This document shows positions 27,354-36,849 of a stretch of DNA of 64,000 nucleotides, in pieces. The stretch lies in the NCBI GenBank assembly GCA_964635615.1, contig CAZWNL010000011.1, positions 13,314 to 77,313 of the forward strand. The letters run 5' to 3'. The translations under genes and the position numbers were made by a program. Under the pieces are notes generated by a model. That model saw only the letters and a program-made list of their open reading frames with translations, was not told the DNA's origin and searched no databases. The stretch is from an uncultured Bacteroides sp. GTDB lineage: Bacteria > Bacillota > Clostridia > Lachnospirales > Lachnospiraceae. Every line of letters begins with the position of its first letter. The first letter of the stretch is position 1.

Positions 27354-28655
27354 TTGGATAAATTTGATGTTATTATTGTTGGAACAGGAGTGGCAGGTCT
27401 TTTTACGGCATTGTCCGTATCTCCGAAATATAAGCTGCTGATGATATCAAAGGATAAAATTGAAAACAGCGATTCATATTTGGCACAGGGAGGTATTTGT
27501 ACGTTAAAGGAGCCTGCGGATTTTGACAGCTTTCTTGAGGATACCTTAAGGGCAGGCAGATATGAGAACAATCAGGACTCAGTAAAGGTCATGATTGAAA
27601 ACTCACCTATGATTATGGACAGGCTTGTAGAGTATGGAGTCAAGTTCGACATAAATGAGGACGGCACCTATGAGTATACAAGGGAGGGAGCCCACTCCAC
27701 ATACCGAATACTGCACCATAAGGACGTCACGGGCAAGGAAATCACAAATAAGCTTCTCAATAACGTAAGGGAACGTGAAAACATTACCTTGAAGGAATAC
27801 ACAAAAATGCTTGACTTTATTATAGAGGATAATGTGTGCCATGGTGTTGTCATAAAGGAAAAGGATACGGTAAGGGCAGTGTATGCAAAACAGATTGTGC
27901 TTGCAACGGGAGGCATAGGAGGACTGTTTGCGCACTCCACAAATTTCAGGCACATAACGGGAGACAGCTTTGCCCTTGCCTTAAGACACGGGGTTAAGCT
28001 TCAAAATATTAACTATATACAGATTCATCCTACAACCCTTTATGAGGAGGCAAAAAACAGAAAGTTTCTCATTTCCGAATCCGTGAGAGGAGAGGGAGGA
28101 ATTCTTCTTAATAAGAAAGGAGAGCGTTTTGTGGATGAGCTTCTTCCACGCGATGTTGTCACGGAGGCAATAAGAAAGCAGATGGATGAGGATGGACGTC
28201 CCTTTGTAATGCTGTCTATAAAGCATATGCCAAAGGAGGAAATTACAAGGCGGTTTCCTAATATATATAGACACTGCCTTGAGGTGGGATATGACCTTAG
28301 CAAAGAGGACATTCCGGTAACCCCTGCACAGCATTACCTTATGGGAGGCATACTTGCAGATACATATGGAAGAACCTCGGTAAAGCATCTTTTTGCGGTA
28401 GGCGAAACGGCATGCAACGGCGTCCACGGAGCGAATCGTCTGGCAAGCAATTCACTTTTGGAAAGCCTTGTATTTTCAGAGCGGGCAGGGTGGATTATAA
28501 GTGAGGAGACGGAGGACATAGAATACAGTGAGCCTCATGTTTCATTGGAAGAATACAAGGACATTGATGCGTGGGATGAGAAAAACAGGCAGATTATTAT
28601 GGATGAAATAAAAAGAAGGGACAGGAAATTTTATGATAAATGGTGTGACAAATAG
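27354..28655 (+). CDS. nadB: L-aspartate oxidase
   Basis: GTGVAG FAD motif, SYLAQGGI, EGAHS, QIHPT, LISESVRGEG, HGANRLASNSLLE; TTG start. Confidence 0.92.
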   Translation: MDKFDVIIVGTGVAGLFTALSVSPKYKLLMISKDKIENSDSYLAQGGICTLKEPADFDSFLEDTLRAGRYENNQDSVKVMIENSPMIMDRLVEYGVKFDINEDGTYEYTREGAHSTYRILHHKDVTGKEITNKLLNNVRERENITLKEYTKMLDFIIEDNVCHGVVIKEKDTVRAVYAKQIVLATGGIGGLFAHSTNFRHITGDSFALALRHGVKLQNINYIQIHPTTLYEEAKNRKFLISESVRGEGGILLNKKGERFVDELLPRDVVTEAIRKQMDEDGRPFVMLSIKHMPKEEITRRFPNIYRHCLEVGYDLSKEDIPVTPAQHYLMGGILADTYGRTSVKHLFAVGETACNGVHGANRLASNSLLESLVFSERAGWIISEETEDIEYSEPHVSLEEYKDIDAWDEKNRQIIMDEIKRRDRKFYDKWCDK

Positions 28656-29487
28656 GGTAAATATTGACAGGTACATATTAAATGCATTAAGAGAGGACAT
28701 AACAAGCGAGGATGTAACAACAAATGCAATTATGAGAGATGCCGTTTTGGGAAGTGCCCAGCTTATATGTAAACAGGACGGTATTATATGTGGGCTTGAG
28801 GTGTTTAAGAGAACCTTTGAATTATTGGATGATAAAGCAGTGTTTGAAACGGATGTCAAGGATGGGGAATTCGTAAAAAATGGACAGGTAATAGGTGTGA
28901 TAAAGGGAGATATCAGGGCACTACTTTCCGGTGAGAGGACGGGACTTAACTATTTACAGCGCATGAGCGGAATCGCAACATTTACAAATAGTCTTGTAAA
29001 GGAGCTTGAGGGAAAAAAGACAAAGCTGTTAGATACGAGAAAAACTACCCCTAACATGCGCCCTTTTGAAAAATATGCGGTGAAGGTGGGTGGTGGAACA
29101 AACCACAGATACAATCTTTCCGATGGCATACTCATAAAGGACAATCATATAGGAGCTGCAGGAAGTATTACAAAGGCAGTAAGCATGGCGAAAGAGTATG
29201 CTCCGTTTGTCCGTAAAATAGAGGTAGAGGTTGAAACCTTAGAGCAGCTTGATGAAGCATTAGATGCAGGTGCAGATATAATCATGCTGGATAACATGGA
29301 TAACGACACAATGAGAGAGGCAGTCAGACGTGTTGCAGGAAAAGCCGAGACCGAGTGTTCCGGAAATGTGACAAAGGAACGTCTGGCGGAGATAGCTGAT
29401 ATAGGTGTTGATTTTGTATCCGCAGGTGCCCTTACCCACTCGGCACCGATTATGGATATCAGTCTTAAAAATATGAAACCACTGTAG
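28633..29487 (+). CDS. nadC: Nicotinate-nucleotide pyrophosphorylase (carboxylating)
   Basis: ERTGLNYLQRMSGIAT, DTRKTTP, NHRYNLSD, KDNH, IMLDNM. Confidence 0.95.
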   Translation: MINGVTNRVNIDRYILNALREDITSEDVTTNAIMRDAVLGSAQLICKQDGIICGLEVFKRTFELLDDKAVFETDVKDGEFVKNGQVIGVIKGDIRALLSGERTGLNYLQRMSGIATFTNSLVKELEGKKTKLLDTRKTTPNMRPFEKYAVKVGGGTNHRYNLSDGILIKDNHIGAAGSITKAVSMAKEYAPFVRKIEVEVETLEQLDEALDAGADIIMLDNMDNDTMREAVRRVAGKAETECSGNVTKERLAEIADIGVDFVSAGALTHSAPIMDISLKNMKPL

Positions 29488-29551
29488 TATATCCGATGGC
29501 AAAGCCACCGAGACACGGTAATTGCTGATGATCAAAGAGGAGGTACATTTT

Positions 29552-30490
29552 ATGAAATTCCGAAAATTGGTCTGCCTTATAGCTGTTTGCTGCCTGTTGG
29601 CAGGCTGTGAGAAAAAGAATAATGATACACAGACTGTATCAGATACAAGTGCTACGGATAATGTCATAGATACCATAACTACAACAGAGATGACCTCCGA
29701 AAATACCGAAGCTGCCATAGAAAATACTAATATCCCCGTTTTGAAAATTACAGAAACTACCTACAAGGATGGTGAAGTGTGGCTAACTTGTGTAAAATAT
29801 CGAAATGCTCATGATGATGTTGTGTTTGTGGCAAATATCAGCTCCGATGGCGAGGAGGTATTTTCGAGGCACGACGAATATGAATACGATGAAAGCGGCA
29901 AAAAAATCTATGTCAAGACTATATGGGAAGCAGGGGAATATGCCGAAATTGAGTATTTGAGTGACAATACTGAAAAGGGAAAACATTATGATAAGAGGGG
30001 CAGACTTGAAGATGAAACTGAAAGCACCTATGATGAATATGGTAATCTTATCATGTCATATACTATTGTTTACGATGGGGACGGAGAGGTGGCACTTGAG
30101 ATTATAAAGGACTATTCCGACTGTGACTATGGCAAAAATGGTAAAATCCTCGTTTGCAGAGAGCGTTCTGAATCAGGTGGAATTATATCCACTACCACCA
30201 ATACCTACGATGACAACGGTAATATACTCTCGTCCGAAAAATTATATACTGACAGTGAAAAATACGGTTGCCACAGCGTATCTCAAAGCTATGAATATGA
30301 CGATAAAAATAATCTTATATCTGAAGAAGAGATAACGAAATTAAATGCGGATAATGTTTACTGTACAATAAACTATGAATATCAGTATGATGAGAATGGT
30401 CGAAAGATACGTGAGGATTACAGCGAAGTCTATACCGATTATGACAGGAATATATCCGGATATACGATTTACGAATATACACAACTATAA
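29552..30490 (+). CDS. Lipoprotein with YD/RHS-like repeats
   Basis: ATG 29552 after GAGGAGG; lipobox LLAGC; repeated YEYDESG, STYDEYGN, TYDDNGN, YEYDDKNN, YQYDENG. Confidence 0.7.
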   Translation: MKFRKLVCLIAVCCLLAGCEKKNNDTQTVSDTSATDNVIDTITTTEMTSENTEAAIENTNIPVLKITETTYKDGEVWLTCVKYRNAHDDVVFVANISSDGEEVFSRHDEYEYDESGKKIYVKTIWEAGEYAEIEYLSDNTEKGKHYDKRGRLEDETESTYDEYGNLIMSYTIVYDGDGEVALEIIKDYSDCDYGKNGKILVCRERSESGGIISTTTNTYDDNGNILSSEKLYTDSEKYGCHSVSQSYEYDDKNNLISEEEITKLNADNVYCTINYEYQYDENGRKIREDYSEVYTDYDRNISGYTIYEYTQL

Positions 30491-30549
30491 ATAATAATAT
30501 TGAAGCGTGTGCCAGGAAAAGCTGACGTTCAATGTAAGGGAGATATATT

Positions 30550-31509
30550 ATGAAAATTGTTGTTTTGGATTATGAGACGGTAACAAGGGACGGCGATGTT
30601 TCTCTTAAGGAAATAGCTTCTTTGGGTGAACTGACGGTTTTTGGGTTCACACCTGATGATATGGTTGCCGAGAGAATTGGAGATGCGGATGCTGTTATTT
30701 GTAACAAATGTCCCATAACGGAGGCTGTGTTTGAAAAATGTCCTAAACTTAAATATGTGGGACTTTTTGCCACAGGTTACAATAACGTTGATATTGAAGC
30801 AGCAGACAGAAATGGAATAACAGTATGCAATGTTCCTGCATATTCTGCAAATTCTGTAGCACAGCACACCTTTGCCCTTATTTTAAATCATTTTAATAAA
30901 ATAAGTGAATATGCAGACTTGGTTGAAAATGGTGTATGGATAAGGGATAAGGTTTTTAATCGCTTTTACATTCCGACCTATGAGCTTACGGATATGACGA
31001 TAGGCATTATAGGTTATGGTGATATTGGAAGGAGAGTGGCGGAGCTTTCTGTTGCGTTTGGCATGAATGTATTTGCCTATACACGTTCACCTGAAAAAAT
31101 AAAGCCTCCCGTAAAATCGGTAAGCCTTTTTGAATTGTTGAAAAATTCGGATATTGTAACAATACATTGCCCACTTACCAATACCACAAAGGAAATGATA
31201 AATAAGGACACGATTGCAATGATGAAAAAAAATGCTTATTTTGTGAATACTGCAAGAGGCGGAATTGTGAATGAACAGCATTTAGCCGATGCGTTAAACA
31301 ATGATGTTATTGCAGGTGCGGGGGTAGATGTGCTTACATTAGAGCCAATGCGTGAGGATTGTCCGTTAAAAAATGCAAAAAACTGCACCATAACACCCCA
31401 TATAGCGTGGGCGCCAAAACAGACCAGGGAAAATTTGTTTGCTGTTGTTGCCGATAACCTTTTAAAGTGGCTCACAGGACATCCTCAAAATGTTGTAAAT
31501 AATCTATAA
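30550..31509 (+). CDS. D-2-hydroxyacid dehydrogenase (glycerate dehydrogenase-like)
   Basis: ATGYNNVD, GIIGYGDIG, HCPL, NTARG, DVLTLEP, TPHIAW. Confidence 0.9.
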   Translation: MKIVVLDYETVTRDGDVSLKEIASLGELTVFGFTPDDMVAERIGDADAVICNKCPITEAVFEKCPKLKYVGLFATGYNNVDIEAADRNGITVCNVPAYSANSVAQHTFALILNHFNKISEYADLVENGVWIRDKVFNRFYIPTYELTDMTIGIIGYGDIGRRVAELSVAFGMNVFAYTRSPEKIKPPVKSVSLFELLKNSDIVTIHCPLTNTTKEMINKDTIAMMKKNAYFVNTARGGIVNEQHLADALNNDVIAGAGVDVLTLEPMREDCPLKNAKNCTITPHIAWAPKQTRENLFAVVADNLLKWLTGHPQNVVNNL

Positions 31510-31514
31510 AGCCT

Positions 31515-32018
31515 TTAGTGTGAGAATGTTATTGAATCAGCCCATGAAAGGATTTTATCCTCAAGGCGGTCATAGTGCTTTGATTTGCATGCGAACTCGC
31601 AAATCCAGTAGGAATCTGCAAATGTAAACATACAATGGACATATGTGTAGTTTGCTCCGTCAACCGTCTTGGAGTTTGTAAAATAATAATAATTGTTTCT
31701 GCTTATAAGCTTATCCTTCGGTGTGTTGTTAAGCGAAAGAATTTCCTGACAATAATCATTTAATGAGTTGATTTCGTAGCCTGCAAGCTCAAGCTCCTGG
31801 GATGATTCCTGAACAGCGGAGAAAACAACATTTTCACTAGCTAAATATACATCAAAGCCATTTCTTTTTTCTAATCTAAAATCGTCTGTCAGGGTAATGG
31901 TAAGCTCCTGCTGTGTAAAGGTTTTAGGATTAGCACCGCAGCCTGACAGTGTACCCATTATAAAGGCTGACACCAGTATAAACAGTATATATTTTTTTTG
32001 TTTATTTTTATTATTCAT
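31515..32018 (-). CDS. Hypothetical lipoprotein
   Basis: Basic N-terminus, hydrophobic stretch, lipobox LSGC. Confidence 0.65.
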   Translation of the reverse strand: MNNKNKQKKYILFILVSAFIMGTLSGCGANPKTFTQQELTITLTDDFRLEKRNGFDVYLASENVVFSAVQESSQELELAGYEINSLNDYCQEILSLNNTPKDKLISRNNYYYFTNSKTVDGANYTYVHCMFTFADSYWICEFACKSKHYDRLEDKILSWADSITFSH

Positions 32019-32032
32019 ACGCTTCTCCTCAT

Positions 32033-32653
32033 TTAATTATTATTAGAATACTCAGGGTTCTGATGTGCCCTGCCTTCTTCAATATATTGTGAAATATCAA
32101 CCTTGTTTGAACGCATAATTTCTTCTAATCGTTCTTTTTCTGCGGCAGCCTGCTTTGCCTTGTCTATCTCTGCCTGTTTTTTTGCCTCATCCTCGGCAGC
32201 TTCCCTTGCAAGACGTTCCATTATTTCCTTTGCAAGGTCAACGGATTCATTTGACATACCTGAGGTGTCAACCGAGTCATCCCAGCCGTTTATTGCCGTG
32301 GAGGAATCATCCGAAGCAGTGCTCTCGTTTTGAACAGGTGTAATTGGCTCAGATGCTGCACTTTGTGTACTTGCCGTATTTATCTGATTGGATATTGTTT
32401 CGTTTACGGTATCCTGTTTCTCATGCATAATTTGCTCTGCCATCTGTGCGGCAAAGTCAGAGGTTGCATCATCCTTTTTAGGAGGTACATAACCCGGCTC
32501 TTTTTCCTCGGGCCAATTGCCATGATGTACAAGCTTGTATACCGGTTTATAAATAACACACCACCACTTGTAAACTGTCTGCCTTACACGTGTGAAGAAA
32601 AACCCCTTGTAAATGTCACCATTATCATATGGAGCTTGTCGGTTATTGCTCAT
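32033..32653 (-). CDS. Hypothetical protein with an aromatic N-terminal domain and a low-complexity/coiled-coil C-terminus
   Basis: 206-aa ORF with RBS (GAAGGGAGG on the minus strand); co-oriented with its neighbours. Confidence 0.65.
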   Translation of the reverse strand: MSNNRQAPYDNGDIYKGFFFTRVRQTVYKWWCVIYKPVYKLVHHGNWPEEKEPGYVPPKKDDATSDFAAQMAEQIMHEKQDTVNETISNQINTASTQSAASEPITPVQNESTASDDSSTAINGWDDSVDTSGMSNESVDLAKEIMERLAREAAEDEAKKQAEIDKAKQAAAEKERLEEIMRSNKVDISQYIEEGRAHQNPEYSNNN

Positions 32654-32784
32654 GGTGGCTGCCTCCCTTCCATTTAATAAAATTATATTTTAATTAAGAT
32701 TATATTGCAAAAACACGTTATTTATTTAATAATAACATTTTTACATTATTATGAAAAGAAAAAGTTAAGGCGATTCTATAGAAT

Positions 32785-34263
32785 CTAATAATGTATCCTG
32801 TTATTTTCGTACTTGGATTCCATTGTAAGCTGTATGGAAAGTCGCTTTAGCTGTTTTATATCAACTAAGGACAGCATAACCGATGTGTGAACCTGACAGC
32901 CTGCAAGCTTTGGAAGCTGTTCAAGCGCAAGTGCCGCATCCTTGTGGTTGGCAGCACTTATGGATAGGGCAACAAGAACTTCATCCGTGTGAAGTCTTGG
33001 ATTGCGGCTTCCTAAGTATGCCGTCTTAAGCCTCTGTATAGGCTCAAGGGATTCAGGCGCAAGTATATATAAATCATCGTCAAGACCTGCAAGTGCTTTA
33101 AGTGCATTCAGGAGCATGGCTGATGTGGCACCCAGCATGGATGAAGTTTTTCCCGTGATAATTCTTCCGTCAGGAAGCTCTATTGCCGCTGCGGGACCAT
33201 TCGTAAGCTCTGCCTTCCTTCTTGCGGCAGGAACAACTGCCCTGTCGGTAGGCTCTATTTTCGCCTGCTTCATAATAAGCTCAAGCTTAAATATCTCATC
33301 CTCTGCATTGTGTCCCTCCAACAGCCTGTTCAATGTGTTGAAATATCTTCTTATAATTTCCTGCTTGGATGCTTCCTTGCAAACCTCGTCGTCACATATA
33401 CAGTTTCCCGCCATGTTTACACCCATGTCAGTTGGTGACTGGTATGGGCTTTCACCATATATTTTTTCAAACATTGCCTTCAGTACAGGGAAAATCTCCA
33501 CATCACGGTTGTAATTTACCGTTGTAAGACCATAAGCTTCCAGATGAAAGGGGTCAATCATATTTATATCATTCAAATCAGCAGTAGCTGCCTCATATGC
33601 AAGGTTAATAGGGTGCTTAAGTGGTATGTTCCATATAGGAAACGTCTCAAATTTTGCATAGCCTGCCTTGATGCCGCGCTTGTTTTCATGGTAGAGCTGT
33701 GAAAGGCAGGTAGCCATTTTTCCGCTTCCGGGACCCGGTGCAGTGATAACGATAAGAGGTCTTGAGGTTTCTATATAGTCATTTTTTCCAAAGCCCTCGT
33801 CACTTACTATCTGCGAAACATTGTTTGGATATCCCGGAATAACATAGTGGGTGTAAACCTTTATTCCGAGCTTACCTAAACGCTGCTTAAATAAATCGGC
33901 ACTTGCCTGACCTGTGTATTGTGTAATACATACACTGCCTACGAAAAGTCCCTTTGCTTCAAATTCACTTATAAGGCGAAGCACATCGGTATCGTATGTG
34001 ATACCTAAATCCCCTCGTATCTTATTTTTTTCAATATCCGCTGCATTTATAACTATAACAAGCTCAGTCTGATCTGAAAGCTGCATGAGAAGTTGAAGCT
34101 TTGAGTCTGGGTGAAATCCCGGGAGAACTCTAGATGCATGATAATCGTCAAAAAGCTTTCCGCCAAACTCCAAATAGAGCTTGTCCCCAAATTTACCTAT
34201 TCTTTCCCTTATGTGACTTGACTGTGTAGCAAGATATTTGTCATTATCGAAACCTGTTTTCAA
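32785..34263 (-). CDS. DUF1846 family protein
   Basis: MKTGFDNDKYL...KLYLEFGGKLFDDYHASRVLPGF; P-loop GPGSGKMATC. Confidence 0.9.
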   Translation of the reverse strand: MKTGFDNDKYLATQSSHIRERIGKFGDKLYLEFGGKLFDDYHASRVLPGFHPDSKLQLLMQLSDQTELVIVINAADIEKNKIRGDLGITYDTDVLRLISEFEAKGLFVGSVCITQYTGQASADLFKQRLGKLGIKVYTHYVIPGYPNNVSQIVSDEGFGKNDYIETSRPLIVITAPGPGSGKMATCLSQLYHENKRGIKAGYAKFETFPIWNIPLKHPINLAYEAATADLNDINMIDPFHLEAYGLTTVNYNRDVEIFPVLKAMFEKIYGESPYQSPTDMGVNMAGNCICDDEVCKEASKQEIIRRYFNTLNRLLEGHNAEDEIFKLELIMKQAKIEPTDRAVVPAARRKAELTNGPAAAIELPDGRIITGKTSSMLGATSAMLLNALKALAGLDDDLYILAPESLEPIQRLKTAYLGSRNPRLHTDEVLVALSISAANHKDAALALEQLPKLAGCQVHTSVMLSLVDIKQLKRLSIQLTMESKYENNRIHY

Positions 34264-34525
34264 TTTTACATTCCTCTCTTAAGTAAATTTTATCTATAAG
34301 CAAAACTCAATTTTTGCCGACATCCGTTGTACAATAAATAAAATACCCTATAAATATATCACAGATTATAAGGAAAAAGAAGTAAAAATGAAAGCTTTGG
34401 TAAAAAAACATGTGTGACTGCCGCTTATCGTAGGTTTATGTAGCTTTATTAAGCGTATAGTCTGATATATAATTATTATAATATGAGTCTTGAGGTATAA
34501 GGAAAAATTTTTTAAAAACAACAAT

Positions 34526-34554
34526 TTGACATAATTGCCACAATGTAATAATAT
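34526..34554 (+). promoter_or_regulatory. Consensus sigma-A promoter
   Basis: TTGACA-17bp-TATAAT upstream of the small HTH gene. Confidence 0.75.
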
Positions 34555-34596
34555 TTAAGAAATAAAACTGTTTGCTAAAGAGGGAGGTTATTTATT

Positions 34597-34800
34597 ATGG
34601 CAAGAACAACAGGTAAGGAAGAATTAATTGATTTAAGGGAATCAACAGGTATGAATAGAAGAGAATTCTGTGAGTATTTTGGTATCCCATATCGTACTGT
34701 TCAGGATTGGGAGCTTGGAAACAGAAAAATGCCAGACTACCTGCTGCGTCTTATGGCTTATAAGATAAAAACAGAAAAGCTCGATAAGGTAAAGAAGTAA
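34597..34800 (+). CDS. Small XRE-family helix-turn-helix protein
   Basis: LRESTGMNRREFCEYFGIPYRTVQDWELGNRKMP. Confidence 0.85.
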   Translation: MARTTGKEELIDLRESTGMNRREFCEYFGIPYRTVQDWELGNRKMPDYLLRLMAYKIKTEKLDKVKK

Positions 34801-34816
34801 CAGGAGGCTTAGGATA

Positions 34817-35044
34817 ATGAATCCTATGGGATTTATGAAAATAAAGGGGCTTATGGACAGATTTAAGGTTAATCATCCGAAGGTTCCAATGTTTTTTGAG
34901 GCGGCGTCAAAAAGTATAGGTGTTGACAGCATAATCGAGATAAACGTAACTACTGCTGAGGGCAAAAGCTTATGTACAAATATGAAGGTTACTGCTGACG
35001 ACATGGAGCTTGTAAGCCAGCTTTCGGAAACTATAAAAAAATAG
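34817..35044 (+). CDS. Conserved hypothetical protein
   Basis: 75-aa ORF with RBS GGAGG; NHPKVPMFF pattern. Confidence 0.7.
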   Translation: MNPMGFMKIKGLMDRFKVNHPKVPMFFEAASKSIGVDSIIEINVTTAEGKSLCTNMKVTADDMELVSQLSETIKK

Positions 35045-35112
35045 AGCCGGCTATATGGGAAGATTAATTTAAATATTAATCTGCATGGCGTGATTTATAA
35101 GGAGGAATTTAT

Positions 35113-35652
35113 ATGCCGATTGTAATTGGAGCTTTAGTGGTTGTTTTTATTATTTTTATATGGTATGTTTCAACCTATAACGGAATAAAAGCATTGGGAA
35201 TTAAGGTTGATGAAGGGCTTTCAGGAATTGATGTTGCACTTACAAAAAGATATGACACGCTCACAAAGCTTCTGGATGTTGTAAAGGGATATCAGAAGCA
35301 TGAGAAGGAAATACTGCTTGAGGTAATAAAGCTGAGAAGCGGTATGTCCATGGCAGAGAGAAATGCTGCAAATACACAGATGGATCAGGCAGCCAAGCAG
35401 ATTAATGTCCTTGCGGAGGCATATCCGGAGCTTAAGTCAAGCAACAACTTTATTCAGCTTCAGAATTCAATTGCTGATGTGGAGGAGCATCTTCAGGCTG
35501 CAAGACGTTTATATAATTCAAATGTATCCGCTTACAACACTAAGATAGTTATGTTCCCGAACACGATAGTTGCAAATGCAATGGGAGCAAAGGAAAAGGA
35601 GTTCTTTGAGGCTGAGGAAGCTAAGCGTTCTGATGTACAGATGAGTTTCTAA
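35113..35652 (+). CDS. lemA: LemA family protein
   Basis: N-terminal TM; YNGIK...IDVALTKRYD, EAYPELKS, ARRLYNSNV..YN...FP. Confidence 0.9.
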   Translation: MPIVIGALVVVFIIFIWYVSTYNGIKALGIKVDEGLSGIDVALTKRYDTLTKLLDVVKGYQKHEKEILLEVIKLRSGMSMAERNAANTQMDQAAKQINVLAEAYPELKSSNNFIQLQNSIADVEEHLQAARRLYNSNVSAYNTKIVMFPNTIVANAMGAKEKEFFEAEEAKRSDVQMSF

Positions 35653-35653
35653 A

Positions 35654-36094
35654 ATGAAGGTTAAATTAGAGATAGATAAACAGTATACTGAGCCTGAGAT
35701 ACATGTGTGCAACCATATATGTGACGAGGAGACGATACAGCTTAAGCAGGCTGTTTGTGAGCTTGTTGATGGAAATGTTGTCGCATATGACGGTGACAGC
35801 TCCGTGCTGTTAAGATATGCCGACATTGTAAGAATATTTTCGGCAAATAAAAATGTATATGTATCCACAGAGGAGAGCCAGTACCGCATAAGGGAAAGGC
35901 TTTACGAGATGGAAGGAAGACTTGACGTAAAGAGATATGTGCGCATTTCTAATTCAGAGATAATAAATGTACAAAAGCTTATAAAGCTGGATACAAGCCT
36001 TACAGGCACAATAAAAATGTACCTTAAGGGCAATCAGGAGACATATGTGTCAAGAAGATATGTTTCCAAAATAAAAAAAACATTGGGAATATAA
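35654..36094 (+). CDS. LytTR-family DNA-binding regulator (no receiver domain)
   Basis: RLYEMEGRL...YVRISNSEIINV...YVSRRY; MKVKLEID N-terminus of the stand-alone LytTR type. Confidence 0.85.
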   Translation: MKVKLEIDKQYTEPEIHVCNHICDEETIQLKQAVCELVDGNVVAYDGDSSVLLRYADIVRIFSANKNVYVSTEESQYRIRERLYEMEGRLDVKRYVRISNSEIINVQKLIKLDTSLTGTIKMYLKGNQETYVSRRYVSKIKKTLGI

Positions 36095-36203
36095 AAAAAT
36101 ACAAATAAAAAAGCATGTTTATAAGGCTGTCGTTCATGGATTTAATTCTGTGTGCGGCAGCCTTATTTTGTCGGTTTTTGTGTGCGCTGTGAGCAGAAGG
36201 AAG

Positions 36204-36236
36204 TACCACTTGTCCTTTGCTTTTTACCACATATCC
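36204..36236 (+). promoter_or_regulatory. Candidate LytTR-binding direct repeats
   Basis: TACCACTTGTCC and TACCACATATCC with a 21-bp period, upstream of a TATAAA -10 (36268-36273) that lacks a good -35. Confidence 0.45.
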
Positions 36237-36329
36237 GAAAGCTCTTTTATTTTCAAAATACTTGTTGTATAAATAGTTTATGTAATAAAAGATGCTTTAT
36301 AGGGATGAGCAAAACAGGGAGGCGGATAT

Positions 36330-36794
36330 ATGTTAAAAAGCGCATTAATAAGAATGATAAACAGTTTTATGTATGCCATAGGCATTACAACTGTGGTATA
36401 TTTTTTCATAACTGCAGGAAGGGATTTTGTTCCCTTGCTGCCTGAGTACAGGGTGCGGTTTGACAATGACACACAGGCACTGATTGTACAGCTTGTGCTT
36501 ATCGGCTGCATGAGTGCAGCTCTTGGCGGGGGCTCTGTGATTATGGAAATGGAAAGGCTTAGCCTTTTGGCGCAGAGCATAATATATTTTGTACTTGCCT
36601 CTGTGGTGTGGATTTCAGTAGGCTGCTACTGCTGGTGCATATATAAATATCCACAGGCGCTTGCGTCAACTCTTATAAGCTATGTTGTGTCATATGTTAT
36701 CTGCTGGGTAATACAGTATAAGCTGTGTAAGAAGAATATTGAGGAAATAAACAGGCATCTTCGAGACCTTGAAAATGAAAAGAGAGTTGCATAA
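36330..36794 (+). CDS. DUF3021 family membrane protein
   Basis: Four TM segments; SLLAQSIIYF; IEEINRHL tail; next to the LytTR gene. Confidence 0.75.
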   Translation: MLKSALIRMINSFMYAIGITTVVYFFITAGRDFVPLLPEYRVRFDNDTQALIVQLVLIGCMSAALGGGSVIMEMERLSLLAQSIIYFVLASVVWISVGCYCWCIYKYPQALASTLISYVVSYVICWVIQYKLCKKNIEEINRHLRDLENEKRVA

Positions 36795-36849
36795 AAATGA
36801 AAAAAGTCTGTGAATGCTATTAATAAAGTAGAAACAACGGGAGGGCAGT

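Noticed and set aside
29495-29530. c-di-GMP-I riboswitch-like GGCAAAGCC fragment before the YD lipoprotein
   Set aside because: There is no P2 arm with GAAA tetraloop and GCAAAC/GACGC elements; the match is too short.
34597-35044. Toxin-antitoxin pair (HTH + small ORF)
   Set aside because: The second ORF shows no RelE/HigB/HicA-like features, and no toxin-like ORF lies upstream of the HTH gene.
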